DNA from: a virus
Lineage: Duplodnaviria > Caudoviricetes
IMG/VR virus record: IMGVR_UViG_3300033463_000005
Span: 32,001 to 96,000 of that record
Strand: one strand, 5' to 3'
Length of the DNA: 64,000 nucleotides
Shown here: positions 20,066 through 29,949 of the stretch, one piece after another
Position numbering within the stretch: position 1 is the stretch's first letter
Layout of the letters: the number at the start of each line of letters is the position of its first letter
Made by a program: the position numbers and the translations under genes
The notes under the pieces: generated by a model
The model's database searches: none
What the model was told of the DNA's origin: nothing
What the model saw: only the letters and a program-made list of their open reading frames with translations

Positions 20066-21571
20066 TCATTCCATTTTGGTTAAACCATACAAACCATTCA
20101 ATGCTTCTTTCTCTATCGGGAAAGCTGCACTCAAATCAGGACGAATATTATATGCTTTTGATACCATCAATTTTTCTGCTTGTTCATTTGCTTCATCCGA
20201 CCATATTCCAGTACTCTTAACCGTATCACCATCGTAGTCGCCATTCAAATTAATCAGTCTTGCATTTGACATCTGCAACACATCAATGAACGATGTTGAA
20301 GCAACAGCATGGGATGCTTGTGGATCTACTATTGGATATGTCTGATACGTTTCACCCATGAACTGAACTGGGATTGTATTATTCGTTGACAACACATGGA
20401 TCTTTGTAAAGAATGCACCAAGATAATCACCGATTGGATATCGAACGGTGTAAACATGCTTGTTTCCTTTGACACAAGCGTTGTAGCAACATAGATAAAT
20501 AACGTCAGTTAATGTCAATTCTCTTGTGATCGGTTCTTTCGTTTTCAAGTTCATGGCAGAGAAAGTGATGGGTCTCTTATTCTCTGGATCCGCATAAAGG
20601 ATTCTAAATCTACTACCAGGGTTTTGCATAAAGATTCGCATCAATTCTTCCATCGCTCTATCATCATAGATATTATCAATGTCCGAACGTTTGATATCAT
20701 CCGGACTTGGATCAAATGAAACGATATTATCATATGACAAAAATTGTTTCATTTGGAATTTTACAAATGGATGGAACATGGACACGAGTGACATCATTGG
20801 ATAACCCGTTCGATAGATACCGATCACTGGATTATTGGATCGATAGGATGGTGCAGAAATGACATTACGAACAGTTCCAACTGTATTCTTTGCCAATAGA
20901 TTCTTTTGTAAGAATCCATTCTTTGTGCCACAATATTTATGGACATACGAGTATACTTCGATTACAGCATTTTGAATCTGGTTGTATACCTTATATACAT
21001 TTGCCGTTGTATGTGCTGTGACACTCTGATATCCAAGTAGCTTAATATAAATAGAATTCAATTCGGATTTAACGGGTCTACCATTTCGCATACCAGTTGG
21101 ACGCATTGCGGGTGGAAGTACCAAAAGCTTATCAATGAATAATAAACGTTTTGGAGTCTTGATTAAAATCTCAATATTTTCTTCTCGACGAGATTTCATT
21201 GTTTTCGCAATATCAATCTGATCCCAGATCTCATATAGATCTTTTAAACCACAATACTTACCATTTTCATTTTCGTGTAAGACACCGTCTACAAGATCAC
21301 ATTTAATTTCTGCAAATGCCAACTTTCGAATGATTCCACCAGATCGACCGATGATAGTTTTTGCAATATGTGGATTAAATACGTGGATTGGTAATTTCAG
21401 ATATCCACATTTGTATTTTCTTTCATCTTCCGTTTGTCCGAATATTTCCTCTGAAAATAATCCGGTTGGATTCCATTGGTTTGTTGATCGATATATTGCT
21501 GCGGATGTGACTTCTTGTAAATTATTAACTTTGATATCTTGGTCGATATCATACAATCCCTGAATCTTCAC
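20066..21571 (-). CDS. RNA polymerase beta' subunit, N-terminal/catalytic part (probably virion RNAP)
   Basis: GLFSEEIFG, VLPPAMRP, RNVIS, RYP, catalytic NGDYDGD. GTG start after AGGAGGT. Late-type AACG-N6-TA promoter at 21611-21600. Confidence 0.9.
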   Translation of the reverse strand: MKIQGLYDIDQDIKVNNLQEVTSAAIYRSTNQWNPTGLFSEEIFGQTEDERKYKCGYLKLPIHVFNPHIAKTIIGRSGGIIRKLAFAEIKCDLVDGVLHENENGKYCGLKDLYEIWDQIDIAKTMKSRREENIEILIKTPKRLLFIDKLLVLPPAMRPTGMRNGRPVKSELNSIYIKLLGYQSVTAHTTANVYKVYNQIQNAVIEVYSYVHKYCGTKNGFLQKNLLAKNTVGTVRNVISAPSYRSNNPVIGIYRTGYPMMSLVSMFHPFVKFQMKQFLSYDNIVSFDPSPDDIKRSDIDNIYDDRAMEELMRIFMQNPGSRFRILYADPENKRPITFSAMNLKTKEPITRELTLTDVIYLCCYNACVKGNKHVYTVRYPIGDYLGAFFTKIHVLSTNNTIPVQFMGETYQTYPIVDPQASHAVASTSFIDVLQMSNARLINLNGDYDGDTVKSTGIWSDEANEQAEKLMVSKAYNIRPDLSAAFPIEKEALNGLYGLTKME

Positions 21572-21680
21572 GATAATACCTCCTTGACATGTAGGATGTT
21601 ATCGAGACGTTTTTATATTCATCCATTACAGAACAAAAAATAAAGAGCCGAAATGTTCCCGCATTCCAGCTCTTTATTTT

Positions 21681-21836
21681 TTATTTCGACCATGGTCTTG
21701 CAATGGATGATTTACTCTTTATTGCTTTATGGCAATAGCGAGATTCAATCATCTGTGCAGTTTCCATGATCGATTTCCGTGTGTTCGATGCTTTGGGGTT
21801 GCAGGGAGACACACGGATAATGGATGATTGGTGCAT
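21681..21836 (-). CDS. 51-aa basic protein, absent from the ORF track (MHQSSIIRVSPCNPKAS...RPWSK)
   Basis: Strong RBS GGAAAGGAGGTG; followed by a hairpin and T-run at about 21635-21682. Confidence 0.6.
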   Translation of the reverse strand: MHQSSIIRVSPCNPKASNTRKSIMETAQMIESRYCHKAIKSKSSIARPWSK

Positions 21837-21878
21837 TCTGACACCTCCTTTCCAAACGTGGGATTAGATTGGGGCGCA

Positions 21879-22163
21879 TCAGCGCCCCAACCGTCCCATG
21901 TTCTTCTTCCACCGAGCGATGTACTCGCTCGGCGTTTCTTTATTTCTGATTGTCACCCAGAAGACAATCAGAATATTCGCACAGATCATCCAAGGATGAT
22001 CTTCCGCGATGGGGTTGTACCCCTCACGGATCAGATAATACAGGGATACAATCGTATTGATCCCTGTGAACCCGAAGAACATTAACCAGGATACAAACCA
22101 ACCAATGTTCTTCCAATTGAGGTGTCTTTTCACAGACGCCTTTCTTTCTAGCTTCTTAACCAT
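21879..22163 (-). CDS. Small membrane protein (94 aa, two predicted TM segments)
   Basis: Start MVKKLERK after RBS GAAAGGAG; two hydrophobic stretches; early-type promoter at 22227-22234. Confidence 0.65.
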   Translation of the reverse strand: MVKKLERKASVKRHLNWKNIGWFVSWLMFFGFTGINTIVSLYYLIREGYNPIAEDHPWMICANILIVFWVTIRNKETPSEYIARWKKNMGRLGR

Positions 22164-22259
22164 TTTGATCTCCTTTCTGTGACATGAGTTGAAATTTATT
22201 TGTTTAAAATATCTCATGTCAATATAATAATATATATATATGTAATATGAAAAAAGAAG

Positions 22260-22283
22260 AATGTGGGGCAAAAGCCCCACATT
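22260..22283. terminator. Hairpin terminator
   Basis: AATGTGGGGC-AAAA-GCCCCACATT with a T-rich tail on the minus strand. No annotated gene leads into it. Confidence 0.75.
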
Positions 22284-22404
22284 CAAATCAGGGTGATTCT
22301 TACCCGATGAGTTAAGGTAAGAATCGGCTAGGAGGCAAGCAATGGCCCAATGAGTTCGGAAAATCTTCAACGGCAAGTGAAGATTGGGTTCATCAGATGA
22401 ACTT
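22284..22404 (-). ncRNA. Candidate structured small RNA 3
   Basis: GACA-N6-TA promoter at 22415-22404; hairpins 22388-22402, 22362-22385 and 22295-22325; single-stranded CCTCCT; ends at the 22260-22283 terminator. Confidence 0.55.
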
Positions 22405-22524
22405 ACAATTTTGTCGGTTGAATATGTATATTATTAAAATGATTTCGGAGAGATTTAACATAATAAATAGAATCCGAAAACAAACAATTATACCGTTTAT
22501 CAATCATAAGGAGGATACAGACAC

Positions 22525-24846
22525 ATGCCGAAAATGAAAGATGACAAAATCACCATTATAACCAATGACATTGAACGTATTCGGAAACGCCCGAGTATGA
22601 TCATTGGTTTTCTGGGTGAGAGAGGTATTCTGCATTTATGCAAAGAAATCATTGACAACAACCGGGATGAATGTATGAAAACGGAATCTCCTGGTAATAC
22701 AATTGAAATTGAAATTTATAAAGACCATATTGTGTCAAGAGATAATGGTAGAGGTTTACCAACAAATCTACTGCGTACGATTCATGAAACATCGCAGGCG
22801 GGTTCTAATATGACACGTTCTCATGGTACAACTGCAGGTGAGAATGGCATTGGTACAACCGCATTCACAGCATTATCCGCAGTATTGATTGTAACGACAT
22901 ATCGGCCACAAGAGAAAAAGAAATTGACATTGGAATATCATGAGGGTATTCTAGTGAATGAAAAACTGGAAGACTATTCGGGAAGTCATCATGGTTTGGA
23001 GACATATTTCAAACCATCAAAGAAGATTCTCGGTGAATCAGATATCCCGATTGATCAATTGATTGAATGGATTCGGGATTTCGAATATACACTTCCGAAG
23101 AAGACAAACATGTCATACACATTGAATGGTGAGAAACATGAACTGAAACACATTCAATTGAGCGATTATTTCATGGAGAATATTCCGAATGATATGTTCA
23201 TGTCTGCACCCGTTACCATTGAATGCAATGGTGAATTACAAGAGATCATCAATGAGAAAACATATGATCGGCATTTTCATGTGGAAGCATCCGTGATGTA
23301 TGCATCGCCGGATTATCGTGGTGAAGACATCAGAAAATCATGGATGAATATGATTTATACATCACAGAATGGTTCTCATATGAATGGTGTCGTGAATGGT
23401 TTGACAAAGTATCTGTCTGATCGTGCAAAAGCCAAGAAGAAAACATTGGAAAGTGAAGATCTGAAACGCGATATTTTATCACATTTGAATGTCGTTGTTA
23501 AAGCCGAATGTGACTTTGCAAACATGTTCTCGTCTCAAGCGAAGTCCACTGTTTTCCCGAGACAGTTGACAACATCGATTGGTGATGCTGTGTACAAAGA
23601 ATTGTGTGATATGAATCAATCAAAACTGAATGAATTAGTTGAGATTGTGATTCAGAATAACCGTGTTCGAAAAGAAGGAGAACGGGTTCGCAATATTGCG
23701 ACGGAGACGAAAAAGAAACAATGGACAAAGCCGGATTCATATCTTCCGTGCGCTTCCATTAAGACGCCTGAACCAAAAGAACTATTCTTGGTTGAGGGTA
23801 ATTCTGCAGCAGGTGGAATCAATGCAGCACGAAATGCAAAGTATCAAGCAATCTTGATGTTCCGTGGTAAATCGCTGAATGCATGGGATTTGACACTGGA
23901 TCAGACACTGAAATCAAATGTTTGGTTTGATTTGGTGAAGGTTCTTGGGTGTGGAATTGGTCCAACATTTGATATCAAGAAATTAAACTTTGATAAAATC
24001 ATCATCTCAACAGATGCTGACGTTGATGGATATCATATTCGTGTCGGTATGTGTTCCTTCTTCCTTCGTTTCATGCCGGAATTATTGGAAGCGGGAAAGA
24101 TTTATATCGCAGAACCACCGTTATACAAACTCGTCAATGGCAAGCAGATTTTGTATGTTGCATCTCACAGTGAGTATATTCAGGAATGTATTCATTCTGT
24201 CGGTAATGCAACATTACAATTCCAAGACAAGAAAGTCAAAGCCGATGTTTTCATTGAACATGCTTTTGATTATTTGAATACACTGGTTGAAGTATCACTG
24301 GATCGTTCGGTGAATCGTTATCTGTTGGAACACATTGCACATGGTATGGCAATTGCAGGATCTGTTGATGCATTCATTGATGATATTGATGAATGGATTC
24401 GTTCTCTGACAAAGACTTATCCAGAACTTGGATTTGATCATAAATCGCATCAGATTATGGCAACGATCGATCTTGTAGATCAGGTGGTTGTTGTGGATGA
24501 AGCATTGTACAATGCGTTGATTTATGTGATTAACATTCAAAAAGAATATGGTATGATTGTAGCATTCGATTGCAGGACAACATCGATTGGACGTTTCTTT
24601 GAGGATATTCAAAAGAAATATCCCGTCATCAAAGAGCGTTATAAAGGTCTCGGCTCATCTGATGCAAAAGTATCAAAGGAAATTATCATGGATCCTCGCA
24701 CAAGAAGAATCTTCAGAATCGACGCATCTGATGTCAATATCATGAAGACATATGACATGTTGGTTGGTAAGACACCGGATGATATCAAAGCGCGAAAAGA
24801 AATGTTAATGAATTTCGAATGGAAACCGTCTGACATCGATACATGA
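22525..24846 (+). CDS. gyrB: Type II topoisomerase subunit B (GyrB/ParE-like)
   Basis: IRKRPSM, EIIDNNRDE, DNGRGLP, GENGIG, EGNSA, FRGK, TDADVDG, RYKGLG. Early-type promoter at 22427-22434. Confidence 0.92.
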   Translation: MPKMKDDKITIITNDIERIRKRPSMIIGFLGERGILHLCKEIIDNNRDECMKTESPGNTIEIEIYKDHIVSRDNGRGLPTNLLRTIHETSQAGSNMTRSHGTTAGENGIGTTAFTALSAVLIVTTYRPQEKKKLTLEYHEGILVNEKLEDYSGSHHGLETYFKPSKKILGESDIPIDQLIEWIRDFEYTLPKKTNMSYTLNGEKHELKHIQLSDYFMENIPNDMFMSAPVTIECNGELQEIINEKTYDRHFHVEASVMYASPDYRGEDIRKSWMNMIYTSQNGSHMNGVVNGLTKYLSDRAKAKKKTLESEDLKRDILSHLNVVVKAECDFANMFSSQAKSTVFPRQLTTSIGDAVYKELCDMNQSKLNELVEIVIQNNRVRKEGERVRNIATETKKKQWTKPDSYLPCASIKTPEPKELFLVEGNSAAGGINAARNAKYQAILMFRGKSLNAWDLTLDQTLKSNVWFDLVKVLGCGIGPTFDIKKLNFDKIIISTDADVDGYHIRVGMCSFFLRFMPELLEAGKIYIAEPPLYKLVNGKQILYVASHSEYIQECIHSVGNATLQFQDKKVKADVFIEHAFDYLNTLVEVSLDRSVNRYLLEHIAHGMAIAGSVDAFIDDIDEWIRSLTKTYPELGFDHKSHQIMATIDLVDQVVVVDEALYNALIYVINIQKEYGMIVAFDCRTTSIGRFFEDIQKKYPVIKERYKGLGSSDAKVSKEIIMDPRTRRIFRIDASDVNIMKTYDMLVGKTPDDIKARKEMLMNFEWKPSDIDT

Positions 24847-24859
24847 GGAGGTGCCCGTT

Positions 24860-26866
24860 ATGGCATTTGATTGGATGCATGACCCGAAATATGAATTGTT
24901 TGATGATTTATCACAGATTAACGAAATCACAACCCCCGAGCAGATACATGAACTGCTCGGGGATCCCATTGTGTTAGAGCGATATCAAAACAATTATGAT
25001 TACTTGTTCAACCGTGTTGTCGCAATCGGTGAACTGTGCTGGGGTAATCGAGATGAAAATGGCAATAAACTTCAGAAGACTATGATTCAAATCAAAAAGA
25101 GTATTGAAGATAATGTGACAACAGATGTCCGTGTATTACCATTGAATCGATTGATGATGTCATTAACGTTCCTTCGTCCAATTATGATGTATCTGGAATA
25201 CATCAATCTGGATGAATTTCTGTTGGATACCAATATGACAGAAAAACGCAGAAGGACTGTACAAGATCGAATCGTGCATGTTCTCCAACAATTCGGAACA
25301 CCGATTGTGGAGATTCAAGAAAAGATGTCACGGTTATCGCTGGATTGGAAAATGTTGATGATCACATTCTCCGAAGCAGATATGCAAATCTATACCGCAG
25401 AGAATCTGTTCCTTGATCATTATCGGGATTCTGAAATCATCCGCGAAATCAACAACACGGAATATCCACCTGATATGCAGACTGCAGATATTGTGGAAGA
25501 AAATGCAAAACGCTATGAAGTTTTGGAGAAGATTATGCTGGAACGTGGAAACCCGTTCTTTGTCGGAAATAAATATACAAAACTCGTGAAACCGAAACAA
25601 ATGGAAGAGTTGTATATTAACTTCTCACAGATTCCAGATGGTAGAAATATCATTCCGGTTATCATGAATGGAAATGGTTTCCGTGCAGGATATCATTCGC
25701 TGCCAGTGTTCTATACTGGTGCAATTGCAGCACGTGTTCCTGATATCATGAATAAGGACTATATGGGTCAAGCGGGATACTTCAACCGAAATCTGATGAT
25801 GCTTGCATATGGAACCGTATCACCAACCGTGTATGATTGTGGATCACAGAATCCGATTCCGATTACAATTGATGATGTGAATCTTCAAATGTTTGACGGA
25901 AGATACTATTATAATGATCCGCATGATGGTGTTCTTCATGTATTACATAAGAACCAAAAAGACATGATCGGAAAGAAACTGTGGTTCCGTTCTCCGTGTA
26001 CATGCAATCTGAATGAAGATTGCTGTCATATCTGCTATGGTCAACGCGCATTGAAGGTTGCTGATCTAAAAGGTGGATTCATTTATACAACTGAGCTGAT
26101 GACATCACGTGTCTCACAGAACATTCTTTCCGCAAAACATCTTCTGAAAAGTAATGCAGAAAAGATCGAATATTCTGAAAGCTTCGATAAATACTTCATC
26201 GTTGATATGTCAACCATTATCCCGAAAGATGATAAGCGGTTTGACATTTTCATCAGAGAAGATTACATGGATGATATTTCCGAAAAGTTCACATGTTATG
26301 TGACAAAGGATATGATTCCAGTTACAATCTCGAAGTATGCATCATTGTCAATTCCGGATAGTATTATGGATAAATGCAAAGACGTTGTCATTGATGATGT
26401 GACATATCATAAGATTACATCATACAAAATCATTGAATCCGGTGGACAATTTGCAGTTGTCATTCCGATCAATATCATGATGACAAAGAAATACATGGAC
26501 ATCATGCGGTTATTCGAATCTGATATTACGAAGTTTGATTCCATTGAAGCAATTGTGGATGCATTGTCTCATATGTGTTATGGTGTGATTCCAATTCTAT
26601 CAACACATGGCGAAATTTTGATTGGACATCATATTCGTTCTATGGAGAATCGGTTACTGCGACCCGATTGGTTGGTTCCGAATCAGAAATATCAAATCAT
26701 GCGTTTGAAAACAGTGTTGCAGAATATCGAATCGTTTGCAACGGCAATGTCGTTTGAACAAACAAAACACCATCTGTATCATTCTATCTTTGACGAAAGA
26801 AATGAGATCAATCGTGTTGGTGCACGTTCGTTCTCTGATTACATCTTCGGATCCGAGACTTTGTGA
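24860..26866 (+). CDS. RNA polymerase beta' subunit, C-terminal part (probably non-virion RNAP)
   Basis: Bridge-helix-like AGYFNRNL, DCGS, Zn site RSPCTC...CCHICYG, trigger-loop-like SQNILSAKH, HGEILI, SFEQ. Confidence 0.85.
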   Translation: MAFDWMHDPKYELFDDLSQINEITTPEQIHELLGDPIVLERYQNNYDYLFNRVVAIGELCWGNRDENGNKLQKTMIQIKKSIEDNVTTDVRVLPLNRLMMSLTFLRPIMMYLEYINLDEFLLDTNMTEKRRRTVQDRIVHVLQQFGTPIVEIQEKMSRLSLDWKMLMITFSEADMQIYTAENLFLDHYRDSEIIREINNTEYPPDMQTADIVEENAKRYEVLEKIMLERGNPFFVGNKYTKLVKPKQMEELYINFSQIPDGRNIIPVIMNGNGFRAGYHSLPVFYTGAIAARVPDIMNKDYMGQAGYFNRNLMMLAYGTVSPTVYDCGSQNPIPITIDDVNLQMFDGRYYYNDPHDGVLHVLHKNQKDMIGKKLWFRSPCTCNLNEDCCHICYGQRALKVADLKGGFIYTTELMTSRVSQNILSAKHLLKSNAEKIEYSESFDKYFIVDMSTIIPKDDKRFDIFIREDYMDDISEKFTCYVTKDMIPVTISKYASLSIPDSIMDKCKDVVIDDVTYHKITSYKIIESGGQFAVVIPINIMMTKKYMDIMRLFESDITKFDSIEAIVDALSHMCYGVIPILSTHGEILIGHHIRSMENRLLRPDWLVPNQKYQIMRLKTVLQNIESFATAMSFEQTKHHLYHSIFDERNEINRVGARSFSDYIFGSETL

Positions 26867-26877
26867 GGTGATCATAT

Positions 26878-27924
26878 ATGAACAAAGTTTCGAGTGGAAT
26901 TATCAGTGGATTATTAAAACCGAAATACAAATTCATTTCAACAGTTTTGGGTGAATTGTATGATGCACCGAATGGTTTGGATATTTATATCGATTTCAAT
27001 ACATTTGTGCATGCTTTATCAAAATATCAAAAATATCTGAATTATCTCCCGTTTGCCGGAGAAGACGTTGAAGTCGATTTGATATCATCCATTCTCATGA
27101 CATTAAACCATTGGAAAAACTTTGCAAAGAAATGGGACAATGTCCGTATTATTGGAATCATGAATGCATTCAAAATGACGAAAGTTGCCGAATCCGTTCA
27201 ACTGAAATCATATCTGATTCCACATATGCACAAATTTGAGAATGAACGTTATACACAATTCACATATTACATGACAGAAGCAATCAAGAAAGTGCAAGCC
27301 ATTCTCAAGTATGTTCCGAATATGTATTTCATTACGTCTGATGAATTTGATTCATATGTCATTCCAAATGTATTAACGGATTATGAGAAAACAAAACGGA
27401 ATCGAATCGTGATATCCGGTGATTCATTGATGACCGGATATCACAACATTCCAAACACAAAAATGATATATGCAAAATTCCGTCGGAATGGCATATCGCA
27501 AATTTCTGATCCAATGATGATCGTGCAATCCATTACGAAAGTTGACGAAGATATCGTCGGTGAATTCACAAAGAACAAAGTATTCTATAATCTACTGAAT
27601 ATCATTGTCGGTGATTTTGATCGTGGTATCGTTGGTATGACACAATTGGGCATTACGACATTTGCATATAATCTATTACGCGGGATTGAACAGAACAAGA
27701 TTCAAGCAAATCCAAAGAGTGTGGAATCTACATTGAAAGTCATCGACACCGTATATCATGATTACATTCTGAAATCATATCCACTTGTGGATATTGAAAC
27801 ACATTCGAAAATGATTCCGCAATCATCCATTCAAAAGATGAAATCAGAAATGATTGATTTGATTGATATCGATGGTTTACGGAGTTTATCGATTGACGGT
27901 TTGAATCTGTTGGAACTGTTGTAA
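26878..27924 (+). CDS. FEN/T4 RNase H-like 5'-3' nuclease (PIN fold)
   Basis: IYIDFN, EFDS, ISGDS and H3TH-like IVGDFDRGIVGMTQLG. Confidence 0.55.
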   Translation: MNKVSSGIISGLLKPKYKFISTVLGELYDAPNGLDIYIDFNTFVHALSKYQKYLNYLPFAGEDVEVDLISSILMTLNHWKNFAKKWDNVRIIGIMNAFKMTKVAESVQLKSYLIPHMHKFENERYTQFTYYMTEAIKKVQAILKYVPNMYFITSDEFDSYVIPNVLTDYEKTKRNRIVISGDSLMTGYHNIPNTKMIYAKFRRNGISQISDPMMIVQSITKVDEDIVGEFTKNKVFYNLLNIIVGDFDRGIVGMTQLGITTFAYNLLRGIEQNKIQANPKSVESTLKVIDTVYHDYILKSYPLVDIETHSKMIPQSSIQKMKSEMIDLIDIDGLRSLSIDGLNLLELL

Positions 27925-27927
27925 TCG

Positions 27928-27951
27928 TATCGGGGGCATTTGCCCCCGATA
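27928..27951. terminator. Hairpin terminator
   Basis: TATCGGGGGC-ATTT-GCCCCCGATA followed by a T-run. Confidence 0.75.
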
Positions 27952-28038
27952 TAATTTTTTCGTATATATATAATTAATTTGTATACATAGCATATCGTTG
28001 TATGCAATTTGCCAACTTTTAATGAAAGGAAAATGAAA

Positions 28039-29250
28039 ATGAAAGAGAAGCTATTTTCAAAATTACCGTTTGGATTATTGAATCCAATCACAGAGCCCAT
28101 CATATCAACAATTCGAGATGCGACATCCAATCTCATGTGGTATGAGATTGATATGTCATACATCAGATGGTCCTTGAAAGCCGAGGTATTAAGCAAATAT
28201 TTCAAGCATTATCCGAAGGCACTCAATACGTACTCGGATAATGGAAAAGTCAAATTCCAAATGGAGAGATTGCAACTCCACAAACATCATATCGATGTGT
28301 GTATTTTCAAAGGTGTAACGATCTTCTTGGATTCCACCACAGAATCCAAAAAGAATGAACAATCCAACATATGGGATATGTCTCTCAAAGTCATCCACAC
28401 AAAGAGGAATGCCAAAGTTCTCGATGAGTTTATCAAGAGACTTGTAAATGAATCCAGAAAGATTGAAACCAAGAATGCACGAAATACATATCACATCGTG
28501 AAAGTTCGGAACATGGAAGAATACACCCGCACCAATCATCGTTCATTTGATGATGTGTTCATCCCGAATGAACAGGAATCATTGATTCGGGATGCTGTAA
28601 CGAAATTCTGTAAATCCCGAACATGGTACAAGAGTCATCATATCCCGTATCATTTCGGAATTATGTTACACGGATTTCCCGGTACCGGTAAGAGTTCCGT
28701 TGTCCAGGCGATTATCAACATGATTCCGTGCGATGTTTACTATGTGCCGATTGAATACCTGAAAGCCGCAATCGCAGATCCATACTGGATCAAATATGGT
28801 TCTGGTGACAGAATGCGAATTGTCATCATCGAAGATGTCGACACGGTTGCATTCTCTAGGAATCGTCATCCTGATGATGTTTCAATTACATCTCCGGATT
28901 ATTATGATTCTGATTTGGATTGTCACAGAAACGCAATTCAATCAATCGGAACATTGTTAAACTTCATTGATGGATTTGAATCACCGGAGAATGTCATTTA
29001 CGTCATGACAACGAACCATCTTAATGATTTGGACCCGGCATTGATTCGTCCCGGTCGAATTGATCTGTCATTGGAGATTGGTTATGTCACGGATGAAACA
29101 TTCGGATACTTCATGGAATACCATTTTCATGAGAAGGTTCCTGAAACTGTACATGTTTGCGATGGCATCACCTTTGCTGAGCTGCAGACGCTCATCATGC
29201 GTGGATATACATTCGAACAAATGTGTGATTTTGTGGGAGATGGGGCTTAA
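28039..29250 (+). CDS. BCS1-like AAA+ ATPase
   Basis: GIMLHGFPGTGKSS, IEDVD, LLNFIDG, TTNH, LDPALIRPGRID, WY...IPYHFG. Early-type promoter at 27967-27974. Confidence 0.85.
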   Translation: MKEKLFSKLPFGLLNPITEPIISTIRDATSNLMWYEIDMSYIRWSLKAEVLSKYFKHYPKALNTYSDNGKVKFQMERLQLHKHHIDVCIFKGVTIFLDSTTESKKNEQSNIWDMSLKVIHTKRNAKVLDEFIKRLVNESRKIETKNARNTYHIVKVRNMEEYTRTNHRSFDDVFIPNEQESLIRDAVTKFCKSRTWYKSHHIPYHFGIMLHGFPGTGKSSVVQAIINMIPCDVYYVPIEYLKAAIADPYWIKYGSGDRMRIVIIEDVDTVAFSRNRHPDDVSITSPDYYDSDLDCHRNAIQSIGTLLNFIDGFESPENVIYVMTTNHLNDLDPALIRPGRIDLSLEIGYVTDETFGYFMEYHFHEKVPETVHVCDGITFAELQTLIMRGYTFEQMCDFVGDGA

Positions 29251-29323
29251 TGCCCCATCTTCTTTTTTGTTTACAACAATCGAAAAACGGTTTCATAACT
29301 TTATATAGAAAGGAGTTGTCGAT

Positions 29324-29518
29324 ATGGCAGTTGCTAATACCGCGCCATTGGTATTTGACTTACCAGATGGAGACCATGCTGAATTGTACACATGGGAAGG
29401 AATTGTATATAAGCTCACAGATTTCATGAATCGTTTATCGACTGCAGAAGAAACTGTGAATGAATCTTTGTTACAGATTGAAGCGAAGATTGATACGTGG
29501 ATTGACGATCAATCTTAA
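29324..29518 (+). CDS. Small late protein
   Basis: RBS GAAAGGAG; AACG-N6-TA promoter at 29286-29297. Confidence 0.7.
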   Translation: MAVANTAPLVFDLPDGDHAELYTWEGIVYKLTDFMNRLSTAEETVNESLLQIEAKIDTWIDDQS

Positions 29519-29539
29519 TTTTTATAAGGAGATGATTTT

Positions 29540-29935
29540 ATGGATCAGATTTTTGAGAGATTGGTATCTGCAATTGAAACGCAGCAGCAAATCATCAAAC
29601 GTCTCGCAGATAAAATAGATCTGATTGAAAGTATCGGCGGAGGAGGTGGAGGTTCCGCATCCATCGAAGATTATGAATCTGGAAAAGATTATACCAGAAA
29701 TATGTTGATTGTTGATCCGAATACAGAAACAGTTTATCGTGTTCTATCAGAATATACATCTGAAACTGTTGAAGATGATATTGCGAATGGATACTTGAAA
29801 CTGGTTGGATATGAATCACAAGTTATCACATTCTCACATCAACCTTCACAAACAGAAATTGAGACATTGCCGGATGATGCATTGGTTGCTGTGTATTCTC
29901 CGACTGATACACCGTATTCACCAGATTCACAATAA
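29540..29935 (+). CDS. Small virion-associated protein (coiled coil, Gly linker, small beta module)
   Basis: The YRVLSEYTSETVEDDIANGYL module also appears at the C-terminus of the 46783 protein. Confidence 0.7.
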   Translation: MDQIFERLVSAIETQQQIIKRLADKIDLIESIGGGGGGSASIEDYESGKDYTRNMLIVDPNTETVYRVLSEYTSETVEDDIANGYLKLVGYESQVITFSHQPSQTEIETLPDDALVAVYSPTDTPYSPDSQ

Positions 29936-29949
29936 TGGTGGTGATATAA

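Noticed and set aside
21578-21601. TAACATCCT and ATGTCAA shared between the RNAP beta' leader and candidate sRNA 2
   Set aside because: The matches are only 9 and 7 nt and in permuted order, so chance cannot be excluded.
21879-22376. 165-aa version of the membrane-protein ORF
   Set aside because: The extension runs through a terminator and an AT-rich promoter; the strong RBS supports a start at 22163.
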